Origin: Chiloscyllium plagiosum
Taxonomy: Eukaryota
Direction: 5' to 3'
DNA: 42,030 bases
Assembly (NCBI RefSeq): GCF_004010195.1
Contig: NC_057753.1
Coordinates: forward strand, 7,946,520 to 7,988,549
The notes beneath the pieces are model-generated. The model saw only the letters and a program-made list of their open reading frames with translations. It did not search any database and was not told the origin of the DNA. Each line of letters opens with the position of its first letter. Position 1 is the stretch's first letter. Made by a program: the position numbers and the translations under genes. Below are positions 25,801 through 37,562 of this stretch, piece by piece.

Positions 25801-26785
25801 CTATTATCTGTGCCATTAGTTCATCGGCTTTGTTATAATTGTTACGAGCATTCAGGTAAAGTGCCTTAATGCTAACTTCCTTATCATTAGAGATGTTGGA
25901 AGTCATATGTCCTAAGTTATCCTTGCTTTTTACTGCATTCTCAGTCTGCCTCAATTTTAAATCCGCCTGGAAACATGCTATCCTGCTGCTTATCTTGCCA
26001 TTTACCTCCATACTCCCTGTGGCTTTCACTTTCCCTTCCCCCCAACTCAGAAAGTTTAAAGTCTTACTGACCACCCTATTTATCCTCTTCGCTAGAACAT
26101 TGGTACCTGATCGGTTCAGGTGGAGACCGTCCCAACCGTTCAGATTCCCCCTGTTCCAAAACTGATGCCAATGCCCCATGAAGTGGAATCCCTCTTTCCC
26201 ACACCAATCCCTTAGCCACGTGTTTACTTGCCTAATTTTCTTGTCCCTATGTCAATTGGCACGTGGCTCGGGCAGTAATCCGGAGATTATGACCCTTGAG
26301 GACCTGTGCTTCAATTTCCTGCCTAGTGCTTCGTAATGCCCAAACAGGTCCTCCACCCTAGTCTTGCCTATGTTGTTGGTACCAACGTAGACCGCAACAA
26401 TTGGATCCTCCCCCTCCCGCTCCAATATCGTTTCAAGCCGGTCGGAGATGTCTCGCACCCTGTCACCGGGCAGGCAACACACCATGCGAGACTCCTGATC
26501 CGGCTTGCAAAGGATACTATCTGCCCCCCTAATTATAGAATCCCCTATAACCACTACTTGTCTATTAGCTCCCCCCTCTTGAATGGCCTTCTGCACCATG
26601 GTGCTTTGGTCACTTGGCTCATCCTGTCCAGAGCCCTTTTCCTCATCCGAACAGGGAGCAAGAATCTCGTACCTGTTGAACAAGGTCAAGGGCTGAGGCT
26701 CCTCCACTCCTGAACTCCGGTTCTCCCTACCTGCTTCACTTACAGTCACACTCTTTTGTGCCTGATCACTAGCTGAATGTGAATT
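22888..26785 (-). mobile_element. Near full-length CR1 LINE (partial ORF1 SGNH esterase plus ORF2 APE-RT), inactivated
   Basis: ORF1 motifs GDSIIRG, VGTNN, DGLHL; APE motifs YLNAR, TETWL, YRPP, MGDFN, SDHN; RT motifs KSPGPDG, NYRPISLTS; (TATGGTCT)n tail; candidate TSD ACTTA (22883-22887, 26786-26790). Stop at 26252-26254 and frameshift at the T run near 25570. Absent from copy A at about 3630. Confidence 0.95.
23718..24249. other. Assembly gap (532 N) inside the CR1 RT domain
   Basis: Run of N. Confidence 1.
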
Positions 26786-29117
26786 ACTTACTCTGGTATC
26801 AGACTGGCACAGGCCATATGTCATCTTAGAGAATGGCAGAGCAGTTTCAAGGGCTGAATAGCCGACTCCTATTTATATTTCCCACATTCCCATATTTCCG
26901 CACTTCTGTTCCACATTGAAAATTCGTGACACCATATGTTTATTCCTCTCAATCACCAAGAAAATTGTTCGCATTTTCCACTTCTCAAGTATGACACTTT
27001 CCTGGAATTTAAATACATTTTCAGCCCTTGTTCTGGATTATTCTGTAGTCACTCCTTCCGATGCTACATTCTAGTGACTTTTTTTATCACTCTCAGCAGG
27101 AGCAGAGAATCGTGATTCACCAAACTGACTATTGTGATGTATTGGAAAGTCTTCTATTTGGATTACAGTCTTGGCTTTGCAAATGTGCGAAACACTTCCA
27201 GTTGACATTCAACTGAATGTAGTACTGATTTCTATTGGGATTTGTGTTGCATTAGGTGTAGTATTTGCATTCAAAGTTGAGGACTTCCAGAACAAGTTTC
27301 TCATCATGATCGTCAAGAGGTGTTTGCCACTTGCAGGGCAGCTGAAATTTTGAAGCAACATCGCAAACATAGAAATTGTGATGCTACTTTCAGGGATATT
27401 GCTGTAAGGAATGATTGGTTGACTTATACTGGGACAGCTCCATCTGTGTATGTCTCATTTGTGCGATATCATTAAAGGTCTGCAAAGTGGAATGGCAGTA
27501 AATGTTCCATCTATCTTCACGAGCAAATATCCATCAGGTTGGTGGATGTTTTTAACAGTAACGCAATTCTGTTTATAACAGGAAGTCTGCAAAGATGATT
27601 CGGAGCAGTTAATTCGGGAGTCCAAGCTGCTGCCAAGTACCTGGGTAACACCGTGGGAGGCCTGTGACTGGCATATGCTAAGATAGGTTACAAGGCATCA
27701 TTTTCATCATCAAGAATGGAAGTACAAATGGACAAAAAAGTCTTTAAATTGATGATCGCAACAGATGTAATAATTGGACATGGCAATTCGTTGTCTGAAA
27801 CCTGATATCGAACTCTTTATTTTTATTTGTTTTGTGATAGTGCAAATGTCAGAATTTTAACAACGTCTCAACGAGTGAAAGAAGCAGCAATAACTTTGCT
27901 TGGAATAAACTGTCAAGCGACAAGTTCAAGGTGTTCTGCTTGAAATGAAAGCAGTTAGTAATGTCTGAGAAAATAATCTGTTGAAGATACATGAACAAAG
28001 CTGCTTTGACATCTGCTTGAATACTGTGTGCTTTGTCTCACAAGGACAACTGATTTCCCATCAGTAGAATTTAAAGAGTTAACCACAGGAAAACTGACTT
28101 CGAACTCACAGCCAATTCCAAAAGTAACAAGGGAAGAGGAAGATAAATCTGGCCGTGAGGCAAGCTGCAGGCTTCCAATATTTAGGAACATGTCACAAAT
28201 TTGAAGGACGGAGAATGTGTAAGTAATAAACTCCATGGTTTCTGAGGAGAAGAACTCCAGAGAACTACACTGCATAAGGCCCGAGCCCTGGACACACCCA
28301 GAGACAGAAACTGTTGGTTGGAATCCTATCTAAATCCTACCTTAACCGGGTAATAGTCAAGCTGAGTTCTGATGCTTCACTTACTTACGTGAGGAGTATC
28401 ATTATATTTCCAAAATGTAGTGAAATTTAAATTATTGCTTCAGTACTCGAATATCGGTGAGATGTCCTAATTATGTCGAATTAATGTTAGCATGTAGTAA
28501 TGTAAACACAACTCTTTATTTTGTTTTTAAAAAATTGTGCCTGTTTGATATACACGCATATATTCATTCGTTTTTTTTTACCGTAACCGCAGAACAGAGG
28601 TGTGGCATGCAACATAAATGAAGGCAAAATACGTTAAAGCAATTTACTTATATATGATACAAATGTAACGGGCTTCAAACACATGATCAAAGGGATTTCC
28701 AATTATATAGGAATCACATCTATTCTGGCTTCACACGGAGGGAAAGTTCATCCTTATCACCTGCTTAGAGTTTGCCTTTATTTACAGTCAATTCCTAACT
28801 TGGCAAATGGATGTAATGTCGCATTTAGCTAAAACCTCCCTAGCTTCTAAAAAAACCCATATGCGGTTTCAAACAAACATATCAGGCTGATAAAATTTTG
28901 AAAATTCCCTTCGATGAGGTCATGTAAATTATATAAAATGCAAAACTAACTCCCAATCTTATGAGCAACTGCTTTTCAATTGCAGAATTATCAAACATTC
29001 ATGCAGAATTTTTAACTTTAACCGGCAGCTGTTTCCCCCGATTCCAAACGACACCAATTTCTATCGTATCATGTCTAAAGCATAAATGCTTATCTTGTTT
29101 ATTCATCAATTTCGAAT

Positions 29118-29253
29118 AATGTACAGAGAAATTTATTACCTCCAGGAGGTAATAAATTTGGCCTTGATTTTTATTTGGCCTTGATTTTTATGTCCTCTTT
29201 GTCTACAGGAGTAGTGCCAGAAGACTGGAGGATAGCAAATGTGGTTCCCTTGT
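29118..29253. other. Copy-B-specific complex insertion: palindrome, tandem duplication and internal CR1 fragment
   Basis: 15-bp perfect inverted repeat (29129-29143 / 29145-29159), 17-bp direct repeat (29157-29190), then CR1 ORF2 piece LALIFMSSLSTGVVPEDWRIANVVPL. Confidence 0.8.
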
Positions 29254-29384
29254 CAACAATAAATAATTTTGGCTGCTGAACTACTCGGATCTCACACAAT
29301 GCCAAGACTTAAATAGTAGGCACGTTGAGTCTGGAGTCATTCCATCCAAAACTCTGCCAATTCTATAAGTCAGCATTTCCCATG

Positions 29385-29608
29385 AATAAACCACGTCACT
29401 TCCACATTCTTGGATACTATGTACAATTTGCTATGGATAAACCCCATTTTTCGACTGTGAAGTGAAACCAAAGCAACCGGAGAAAACACACGCGCACACA
29501 GAAAGAATGGGCAAATTGCACACAGAGAGTCTAATGGAAGTCGGATAGAACCTGAGTATCTGGCGCTGTGAAGCAGCAGGACAAACCAAAGAGCGACCCT
29601 GCTCACGC
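29385..29608 (-). mobile_element. Old degenerate HE1-like SINE
   Basis: GAACCTGAGTATCTGGCGCTGTGAAGCAGCAG; paralogue of 6830-7058. Confidence 0.7.
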
Positions 29609-30163
29609 TAAATGTTGTCGTTAAATTCTTGAATAGAAACACTGAAACCAATGTGCCACTAGTTCAAATGGAAACACAAAACTTATATGCCACTGCTGTG
29701 CCTTCAAAACCCAAAACTCATAAATAAATGTTATCAATCTGTGAATTGTGCACCTCATGTCACACGACCGCTGTTACAGATTGAAATGGCTATGCACATC
29801 CATGGTTGTTATCCAACCTTATCAATGGCATCAGTGTTGCCAGTTCTCTGGCTTCTTTGAGAAAGTGCTGTTTTTTCAAGAAATATCACACCCAAAATCA
29901 TATTTTTCAAAGGCAATTTTCAGTAGGTCTGACTGGCACATCACATGGAAGCTCACAAGGTATGGGTCAGCAATACATAATAGAACTAAGTGAAATTGAG
30001 AAAACATGCGAAGACTGCTGTCTGCTATAATTTGATATTCTTCACATGTCCTTGATTTGAAATTTAATTAGGATGCAAACGTGAGAACAGAAGCGGGCTT
30101 GGATGTGGCATGACCGTGGAATTCACATTCTGTAATCTAAACTATGGTACATGTTACATTATC

Positions 30164-31683
30164 CTATTTCAAATGTTTGAGTATTTTACTGAAGAAACTT
30201 ATCGGATATATGAGCCCCTTCTTTAATTGAACTCTGAATTTAGCCTGGGTGCCCGCATAAATAAACGGATTAATGCACGAACTCAATAACTGAAGCATAA
30301 ATCCCATTTCTTGGAGAATAAATATGGAATTCGTAAAATCAGAAGCAGATGGATATGTCAGCTTTGCAATTCGTACATAGCAAATCGTTAGAAAGCATAA
30401 CAAATATAACAGGATGAAACTACCCGACACAGTGAAAAGTAAGACAATGGATTTTCTCCTCTTTTCCACCTCTGGATCGCTCTGATTTTCCCCAGTGCTC
30501 TGGGCCCGGAGTTTCCTGCGGGTTCTATTTGCTGTCAGAATGTGTCTGACGGTCAGTGCATTGAGCAGCACTATCAGAATAAAGGGCAGACAAGGTGTTA
30601 AAATAATTCGAATCCAGTCGTATGCAGCCCATGCAAGTGATGTATAAACAATGGCCTTTATTCCGCAGAGCCAGGGTGTATTGTCAATTACGTAGACAGG
30701 TTCATATGCAAAATATGAAACCGTGTTTATGAGAAAGCTCGTAACAGACACTATTCCTGTGATCCACGCAGCCATCTTTTTCGTACAAAATTTCATTTTC
30801 AGTGTCTTACAAGAAATTGCTACAAATCGATCAAAAGTGAAAAAAACGGTTAACCAGGCAGAACTGTCAAGGGCTGCATAATTTAAAACAGAACGAAGGC
30901 TACATATTGGTGTGATGAACAAGAAACTATAAGGAAAATAAATTCCAGCAACACGGTTTAGTATTACAGCCGTCAACATCACCAGGAGATCCGTCATGCC
31001 CATAGACACCAAATAAAACGTGATGCATTGAGATAGCCCGCATCTTCCTCGAGAAAGTATAACGACCACTGCACAGTTCGCTTCCAGAGAGAGAGAGAAA
31101 GAGAAAGCAAGTAAGAACACACATTTATTAATAAGAGGAAATGGCTCAGTGGCATTGTAATTGATAAGTAATCAAGAGATTAGCTTAAGGTTGATGGTTC
31201 CGAAATTTCCATTATGCCATTCAGTTTTTATTACCATTAAACAATATTCATAAAATCCCACCTGATTCTCTAACGGTCTTTATGGAAAGATTGCTACTTC
31301 TGTAAATTGATCGGCCGTACATGTGACACCAAAGGCACGGCAATGTTTCAATAATGAAAACTCTATCTGCAGAAGTAAGAAATCACTTACTCTGAAATAA
31401 GCCGAGCTAGATTGTGTCGACTATACCAAGAACAACGAGAAAAAAAGAAAGAAAACAGTTCGATGATATACATTACAGTAAGGTTGAGTAAAATTGGTCT
31501 CATTGAATAGAAAGAATGATTCTTGTCATGTGCAAAATCATCACTGTTAATATTCAGTCTTTATGCAGATAACCAATGGCTCATTGAGCAGCTAACTGAG
31601 TACAATTCTTTACCTGGAATCCCGATTGTTGCGAGTACTGGGTAGTAAATAGCAAACAGCAGACCTCTCAGTATTTCATGCAT
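30164..31683 (-). CDS. GPR139/GPR142-like class A GPCR, copy B; exons 31683-31614 and 31080-30164; 328 aa
   Basis: Exon 1 MHEILRGLLFAIYYPVLATIGIP+G, donor GTAAAG; acceptor TCTCTGGAAG at 31081; intact 7TM with DRF, PWLC and NPFIY. Confidence 0.9.
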
Positions 31684-31721
31684 TTTTGAACACGTCTGTA
31701 AATCATTGCAAATTAGCTTCA

Positions 31722-31768
31722 CTTATACCTGATACTTCACTCAAGGGGACTAATTAGTTTGTTCATTC
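31722..31768 (-). promoter_or_regulatory. Putative core promoter: TATAAG plus adjacent EBF-like and homeodomain sites
   Basis: Same motifs and same offsets from the ATG (39 and 56 nt) as 9168-9214. Confidence 0.5.
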
Positions 31769-33414
31769 CTTTACCATTGGTACAGTCAAACTAACATGTT
31801 ATTTACTGCTGATGCGATTTTCTGACTTGATGGAAAGGAATCGGTTTGCTTTTCATGGGACGTGGCTCTGAAAAGCTTTGCAGAGAATTCAGAATAGGAC
31901 TAGTAACATCTATGCAGCTTGGATGTCAGTTAAATGTACTGACATTTCTCGATTAGAAATTCATATTTCTGGGGAATACACACCTCAGGTCAAACTTTCA
32001 GCATAATTCTGGCTGTGATCTTGCTTATCAGGCATGGCACGTTTTCGAATATCCTTGGGAATGTGCACTCACTTGAGAAAATCTGTGCATCTCAGCGTGT
32101 TTTGTTTTCTAGGTCAGTTAAGTCCTGTTAGATTCGATATGCATTGCCTCAATAGTATGTTTTAACATTCTCGCTGTACTTGCACTGGACATTTTAATTT
32201 CTGCAAATCAGGACAAGATCACTGCAATGTGATGAGGTCCACTGCAACAATCACATTCAGTATGGCCAGGTGCAGATTCTGATCAGATATATTCAGTCGC
32301 GATATGTAAAGTTCAAGATTTATAAGTTTGTTGAAAACCGACGCGTTTCAGCATCTTGTCATTGGGCCACATTTTCTGAACAAGTGCTGATCCCACTCAG
32401 ATTATTATGCCACTCTTCCTTTGTATGAAAGGACTGAGTTCTGTATTTCAATAAGAAGACTCCAATCAGGGCTTCGTCAGCAATGCGGAGCAGCAAATCA
32501 ATTTTGGCAGTTACATTATAGAGAAAAAGTCGAATGAAAAGGCAAACACAGCGGCCATCTATAATTAATACTGCAAAATGTAGTTATCAAATGACTAAGC
32601 AGATTCTGGTTACCTTAAAGTAAAACGAACGTTGATTACAGTTAACTGGGAAACTCTCATCTAGAGAGTTGAATAGTTTCTGAGCAGAGTCTTACAAATA
32701 CCCACATATTATCTTAAACAATTTATTTTGTAGCTCGGTGTTTTGTTAAAATAAGAGAAAATAAAATCTTTTTCGCACTTACCACTAGGCATATGACTCC
32801 CTAATTTTCTGGTAGGTATAATTGACCACTATCTACTTCAGGATTTCCCAATCTTAACCCATACGTGTGTCATGACTCCCTTTGCCCCGAACATACTACA
32901 ATCAAGTAATATTTTGACAATATGTGTATTTTCCGATTTATCTCAACGAAGTTATGTACTCCTCATCATATTCTAGGATTCTACTTATAATTTATATGGT
33001 CACCAGGCGAGACATGATGCAATTCTATTTGGTGCTCTCGTTTTCAGCTGAGACACTTCTTTTCTGCATTAATTACCATAAGATAAAGTTGCTGACAATT
33101 GTGTAGTGCGCTAGTTACACACCAGGACATCCTGAGACCATATTTATTTGAAATCAAATTCCTCTTTTATTCCCATGTTGACGTCCCAGCATGGGTTTTG
33201 ACAACATTATTCCGATTAGCTATGTCTTGAGGGGTAAGAGTGCTAGATCAACATATTGCGTTAGTTGTACATATTTACTACGATATCTGCATCCATATGT
33301 AATTCAAAATTGTATACATTATAAAATTAAAAACAAAACTTAAATACGTCATGACAAAATTCATTATGACATGAAGGTGACATTTAACCAACTATAATTA
33401 GCCAGATTCAACTT

Positions 33415-33776
33415 CATACAAGAATGCCTTCCTTGAAGAAGCTCTTTTCCTCCCTCGACAAGGATTTCAGTGAGTCCCTCTCTCACTGCACACCCCAGGT
33501 CATCTCCTCTGCACAGAAGCTCAAATCCCTCGAACTCAGCACGGCCTTCCTTACCTGCAATCATCTTCCTGACCTCTCCGCCCCCATCCCACTCCGGCCT
33601 ATCACCCTCACCTTGACCTCCCTCCACCTATCGCATTTCCAAAGCCCCTCCCCCAAAGTCCCTCCTCCCTACCTTTTATCTTAGCCTGCTGGACACACTT
33701 TCCTTTTTCCTGAAGAAGGGCTTATGCCCGAAACGTCGATTCTCCTGTTCCTTGGATGCTGCCTGACCTGCTGCGG
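33415..33776 (+). mobile_element. Penelope-like terminal (pLTR) fragment with hammerhead-like core
   Basis: Pyrimidine-rich tract followed by CTGAAGA-A-GGGC-TTAT-GCCC-GAAAC-GTC (33710-33737) and the same downstream sequence as 18969-19035. Confidence 0.75.
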
Positions 33777-34073
33777 ATCGTTAGCTGTCTTTCTGTTTGT
33801 CCTATGTAGTGTTTTGTGCAGTCCTTGCATGGGACTTTGTACACTACGTTGGTTTTGCTCATGCTGTGTATTGGTTCCTGTGTCCTGGTGAGTTGTTGTC
33901 TGAGGTTGGATGTTGGTTTGTGTGCTGTTATGAGTCCTAGTGGTCGTAGTAGCCTGGCTGTCAGTTCAGAAATGTTCTTGATGTACGGTAACGTGGCCAG
34001 TCCTTTGGGCTATGGCATGTCCTAATTCCGTTGTCTTTCTCTTAGGCATCTGTTGATGAAATTGCGGGGTTAT
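33777..34073 (-). mobile_element. Penelope-like element GIY-YIG endonuclease fragment
   Basis: Minus strand translates ...LPYIKNISELTARLLRPLG...SKTNVVYKVPCKDCTKHYIGQTERQL. Confidence 0.88.
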
Positions 34074-35507
34074 TCCGTTGCTTACATACTGTTCAGAATT
34101 CCCTGATACATTTCTTTGTTAAATGAAGCTAAGTAATGCCACATGATACTAGAATATCAAGATCTGCATTGCCTATATCATAGTCAGGATCCTGTGATAT
34201 CAGATTAATCGATAAACATGCATATAACTGATCAGAGGTAAACTAAACCAGTTATGAAATGCCCGTTTCCTTATTAATCTCTCAAATAATGTTCTTACCT
34301 AATAGAAGTTTTAGCTTGCATTATGATTTCCCAAACTTATTTCTTCTTTTTGCATGCTATATGTTAGTTTAAAATAGAAAATTAGCTCGATCATGGGATA
34401 AGTGACCTTGTTATACTTAAGTTACATATTGAGAAATGTCACAAACTAGATACCTATCTGAATATACCTTTTTTAAATATGTTATCACCTCTTAATTCCA
34501 TGGAATATTCAAATTGTCGAAGGATGACTCAAGTACCAACTTATGTCGGATTCAGTGCCGACACCGATTCGGGGAGCAAATGCAAAAGATCATTCTAAAA
34601 TTAGTTACTTTACATTAAATATAACTTCCCCACGTATTGTTTCGATTCGCTAAATAAGATAAGTCAATATATATCATTCCACTCGTGTCAGTTAAATGAG
34701 TCGCTATTCATGCTATCGTTGATAAACTACAGAATCCAAACTTTTGAAAAGTCATATATTTTCTTGACAGATGTGAAAAAAAAAAAATTTGTGGAATATA
34801 TATCTCCTTGGGCGGACTGTAAGTTATGTTCCAGGTAGTGAGACTATGGTTTTGAGGTGGGGGTAGGGGGCTCCTGGTTTGTTAATGTTGGGTAATCCGT
34901 AGAAACGTGGTGTGTTGTCTCCATCTGGTTTCATGTTTTGGAATTCGGTCTTATTTATTTGTTAAGATTACTGATGTTTTTTGAGTCGGGTTGTGATTCG
35001 GTTCTCTAGTTGTGGGGTCAGGTCTATCGCCACCTGTTGGTAAGTGTTGGTATCTGTAAGTAGTGAGTTCGCTCTTTCAATGCCGTGTCTTCGATTTAGA
35101 ATGACTGTCAAGCGTCATTTGCCTGCCTGAAGGATAACAATGTTTTTTTATCTTTTTTTAGTCTGTCTGGTGCTTTCCTTTCTTGTGTATTGAGTGTGCT
35201 TGCTTCCTTTTTTCTGCTTAATGTTCGGGGCAACTACCTGATTGATGGTTTGTTGGGTTTCTTCTGTAAGTTGGTTGTCTTTTAGTGTTGTTTCTAATGC
35301 TGCTAAGAAATCTTTCTTGTCCGCATCCTGGTAGTTGTAATTTAATCCTCTCACTTAGACGGCCTTCTCAGCGTCTGTTATGGGGCGGTCAGGTAGCTTT
35401 TTTTAAATCCATACTTCTGTGTAGTCAGTGTTGTTAATTTGTGTAAGTTTGTCTAGTTTTCTGCAGGACTACTTTTTCCATTATCTGTGTTTGTCGCTGT
35501 CTAACAT

Positions 35508-37562
35508 GAGAATGATGAAAACGAGGGTATGTCCGATCAAGGACAGCAGTGGGAGACTGTGTATTGAGTCAGAAGAGATAGGAGAGGTCTCGAATGAGTA
35601 CTTTTCTTCAGTATTTACAAATGAGAGGGACCATATTATTGAAGAGGAGAATATGAAACGGACTGGTAAGCGAGAGGAGATACTTGTTAGGAAGGAAGAT
35701 GCGTTGGGCATTTTGAAAAACTTGAGGATAGACAAGTCCCCCGGGCCTGACGGGATATATCCTCGGATTATGTGGGAAGCAAGAGAGGAAATTGCAGAAG
35801 GGTTGGCAATGATCTTTTCGTCTTCACTGTCAATGGGGGTGGTGCCAGGGGACTGGAGAGTGGCGAATGTTGTGCCCCTGTTCCAAAAAGGAAATAGGGA
35901 TAACCCCGGGAATTACAGCCAGTTGGTCTTATTTCAGTGGGAGGCAAACTGACGTATAGGATTTATGAGTATCTGGAAAGCCACTGCTTGATTAGGGACA
36001 GCCAGCACGGATTTGTGAGGGGTAGGTTAGATTAGATTAGATTAGATTAGATTACAGTGTGGAAACAGGCCCTTCGGCCCAACAAGTCTACACCGACCCG
36101 CCGAAGCGAAACCCACCCATACCCCTTACTTAACACTACGGGCAATTTAGTATGGCCAATTCACCTGACCCTGCACATCTTTGGACTGTGGGAGGAAACC
36201 GGAGCACCCGGAGGAAACCCACGCAGACACGGAGAGAACGTGCAAACTCCACACAGTCAGTCGCCTGAGTCGGGAATTGAACCCGGGTCTCTGGCGCTGT
36301 GAGGCAGCAGTGCTAACCACTGTGCCACCGTGCCGCCCACTTAGGTCTTGCCTCACAAGTCTTATTGAATTCCTTGAGGAGGTGACCAAGCATGTGGATG
36401 AGGGTAGAGCAGTGGACGTAGTATACATGGATTTTAGAAAGGCATTTGATAAGGTTCCCCATGGTAGGCTTATGCAGAAGGTCAGGAGGCAGGGGATAGT
36501 GGGGAGTTTGGCCAGTTGGATAGAGAACTGGCTAACCGGTCGAAGTCAGTGAGTGGTGGTAGATGGTAAATATTCAGCCTGGAGCCCAGTTACAAGTGTA
36601 TTTCCGCAGGGATCAGATCTGGGTCCTCTGCTGTTTGTAATTTTTATTAATGACTTGGAAGAGGGAGTCGAAGGGTGGGTCAGTAAATTTGCAGATGATA
36701 CGAAGATTGGTGGAGTTGTGAATAGTGAGGAGGGTTGTTGTTGGCTGCAAAGGAACTTAGAAATGATGCAGAGCTGGGCTGAGGAGTGGCAGATGGAGTT
36801 CAACCCTGTCAAGTGTGAAGTTGTCCATTTTGGAAGGACAAATAAAAATGCGGAATACAGGGTTAACGGTAGGGTTCTTAGTAAGGTGGAGGAGCAGAGG
36901 GATCTTGGGATCTATGTTCATAGATCTTTGAAAGTTGCCACTCAAGTGGATTGAGCTTGTAAGAAGGCCTATGGTGTATTAGCGTTCATTAGCAGAGGGA
37001 TTGAATTCAAGAGTCGTGAAGTGATGTTGCAACTGTACAGGACTTTGGTTAGGCCACATTTGGAGTACTGTGTGCAGTTCTGGTCGCCTCACTTTAGGAA
37101 AGATGTGGAAACTTTGGAGAGGGTGCAGAGAATATTTACCAGGATATTGCCTGGAATGGAGAATAGGTCGTACGAGGATAGGTTGAGAGTGCTAGGCCTT
37201 TTCTCGTTGGAACGGCGAAGGATGAGGGGTGACTTGATAGAGGTTTATAAGATGATCAGAGGAATAGATAGAGTAGACAATCAGAAATTTTTCCCCCGGG
37301 TACAACAGAGTGTTACAAGGGGACATAAATTTAAAGTGAAGGGTGGAAGGTGTAGGGGAGATGTCAGGGGTAGGTTCTTTACTCAGAGAGTGGTGGGGGC
37401 ATGGAATGCTCTCCCTGTGGGAGTGGCAGAGTCAGAATCATTGGTGACCTTTAAGCGGCAATTGGATAGTTACATGGATAAGTCTTAAGCTAGGATAAAT
37501 GTTCGGCACAACATCGTGGGCCGAAGGGCTTGTTCTGTGCTGTATTGTTCTATGTTCTATGT
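35508..37562 (+). mobile_element. 5'-truncated CR1 LINE (RT to tail)
   Basis: KSPGPDG, DFRKAFDKVPH, PQGS.LGP, KFADD and RPHLEYC motifs; (TTCTATG)n tail; 8-bp TSD TCTAACAT (35500-35507, 37563-37570). Confidence 0.95.
36028..36341 (-). mobile_element. HE1-type SINE nested in the CR1
   Basis: A box and B box (GGTTCAATTCC), (TCTAA)n tail, 5-bp TSD TAGGT (36023-36027, 36342-36346). Confidence 0.93.

Larger units (their letters stand above)
20394..34800. repeat. Segmental duplication, copy B
   Basis: Collinear with 143-11680 once copy-specific insertions are removed. Confidence 0.9.

Noticed and set aside
36260..36338. tRNA gene
   Set aside because: A and B boxes belong to a SINE head followed by SINE body and tail; no complete cloverleaf.
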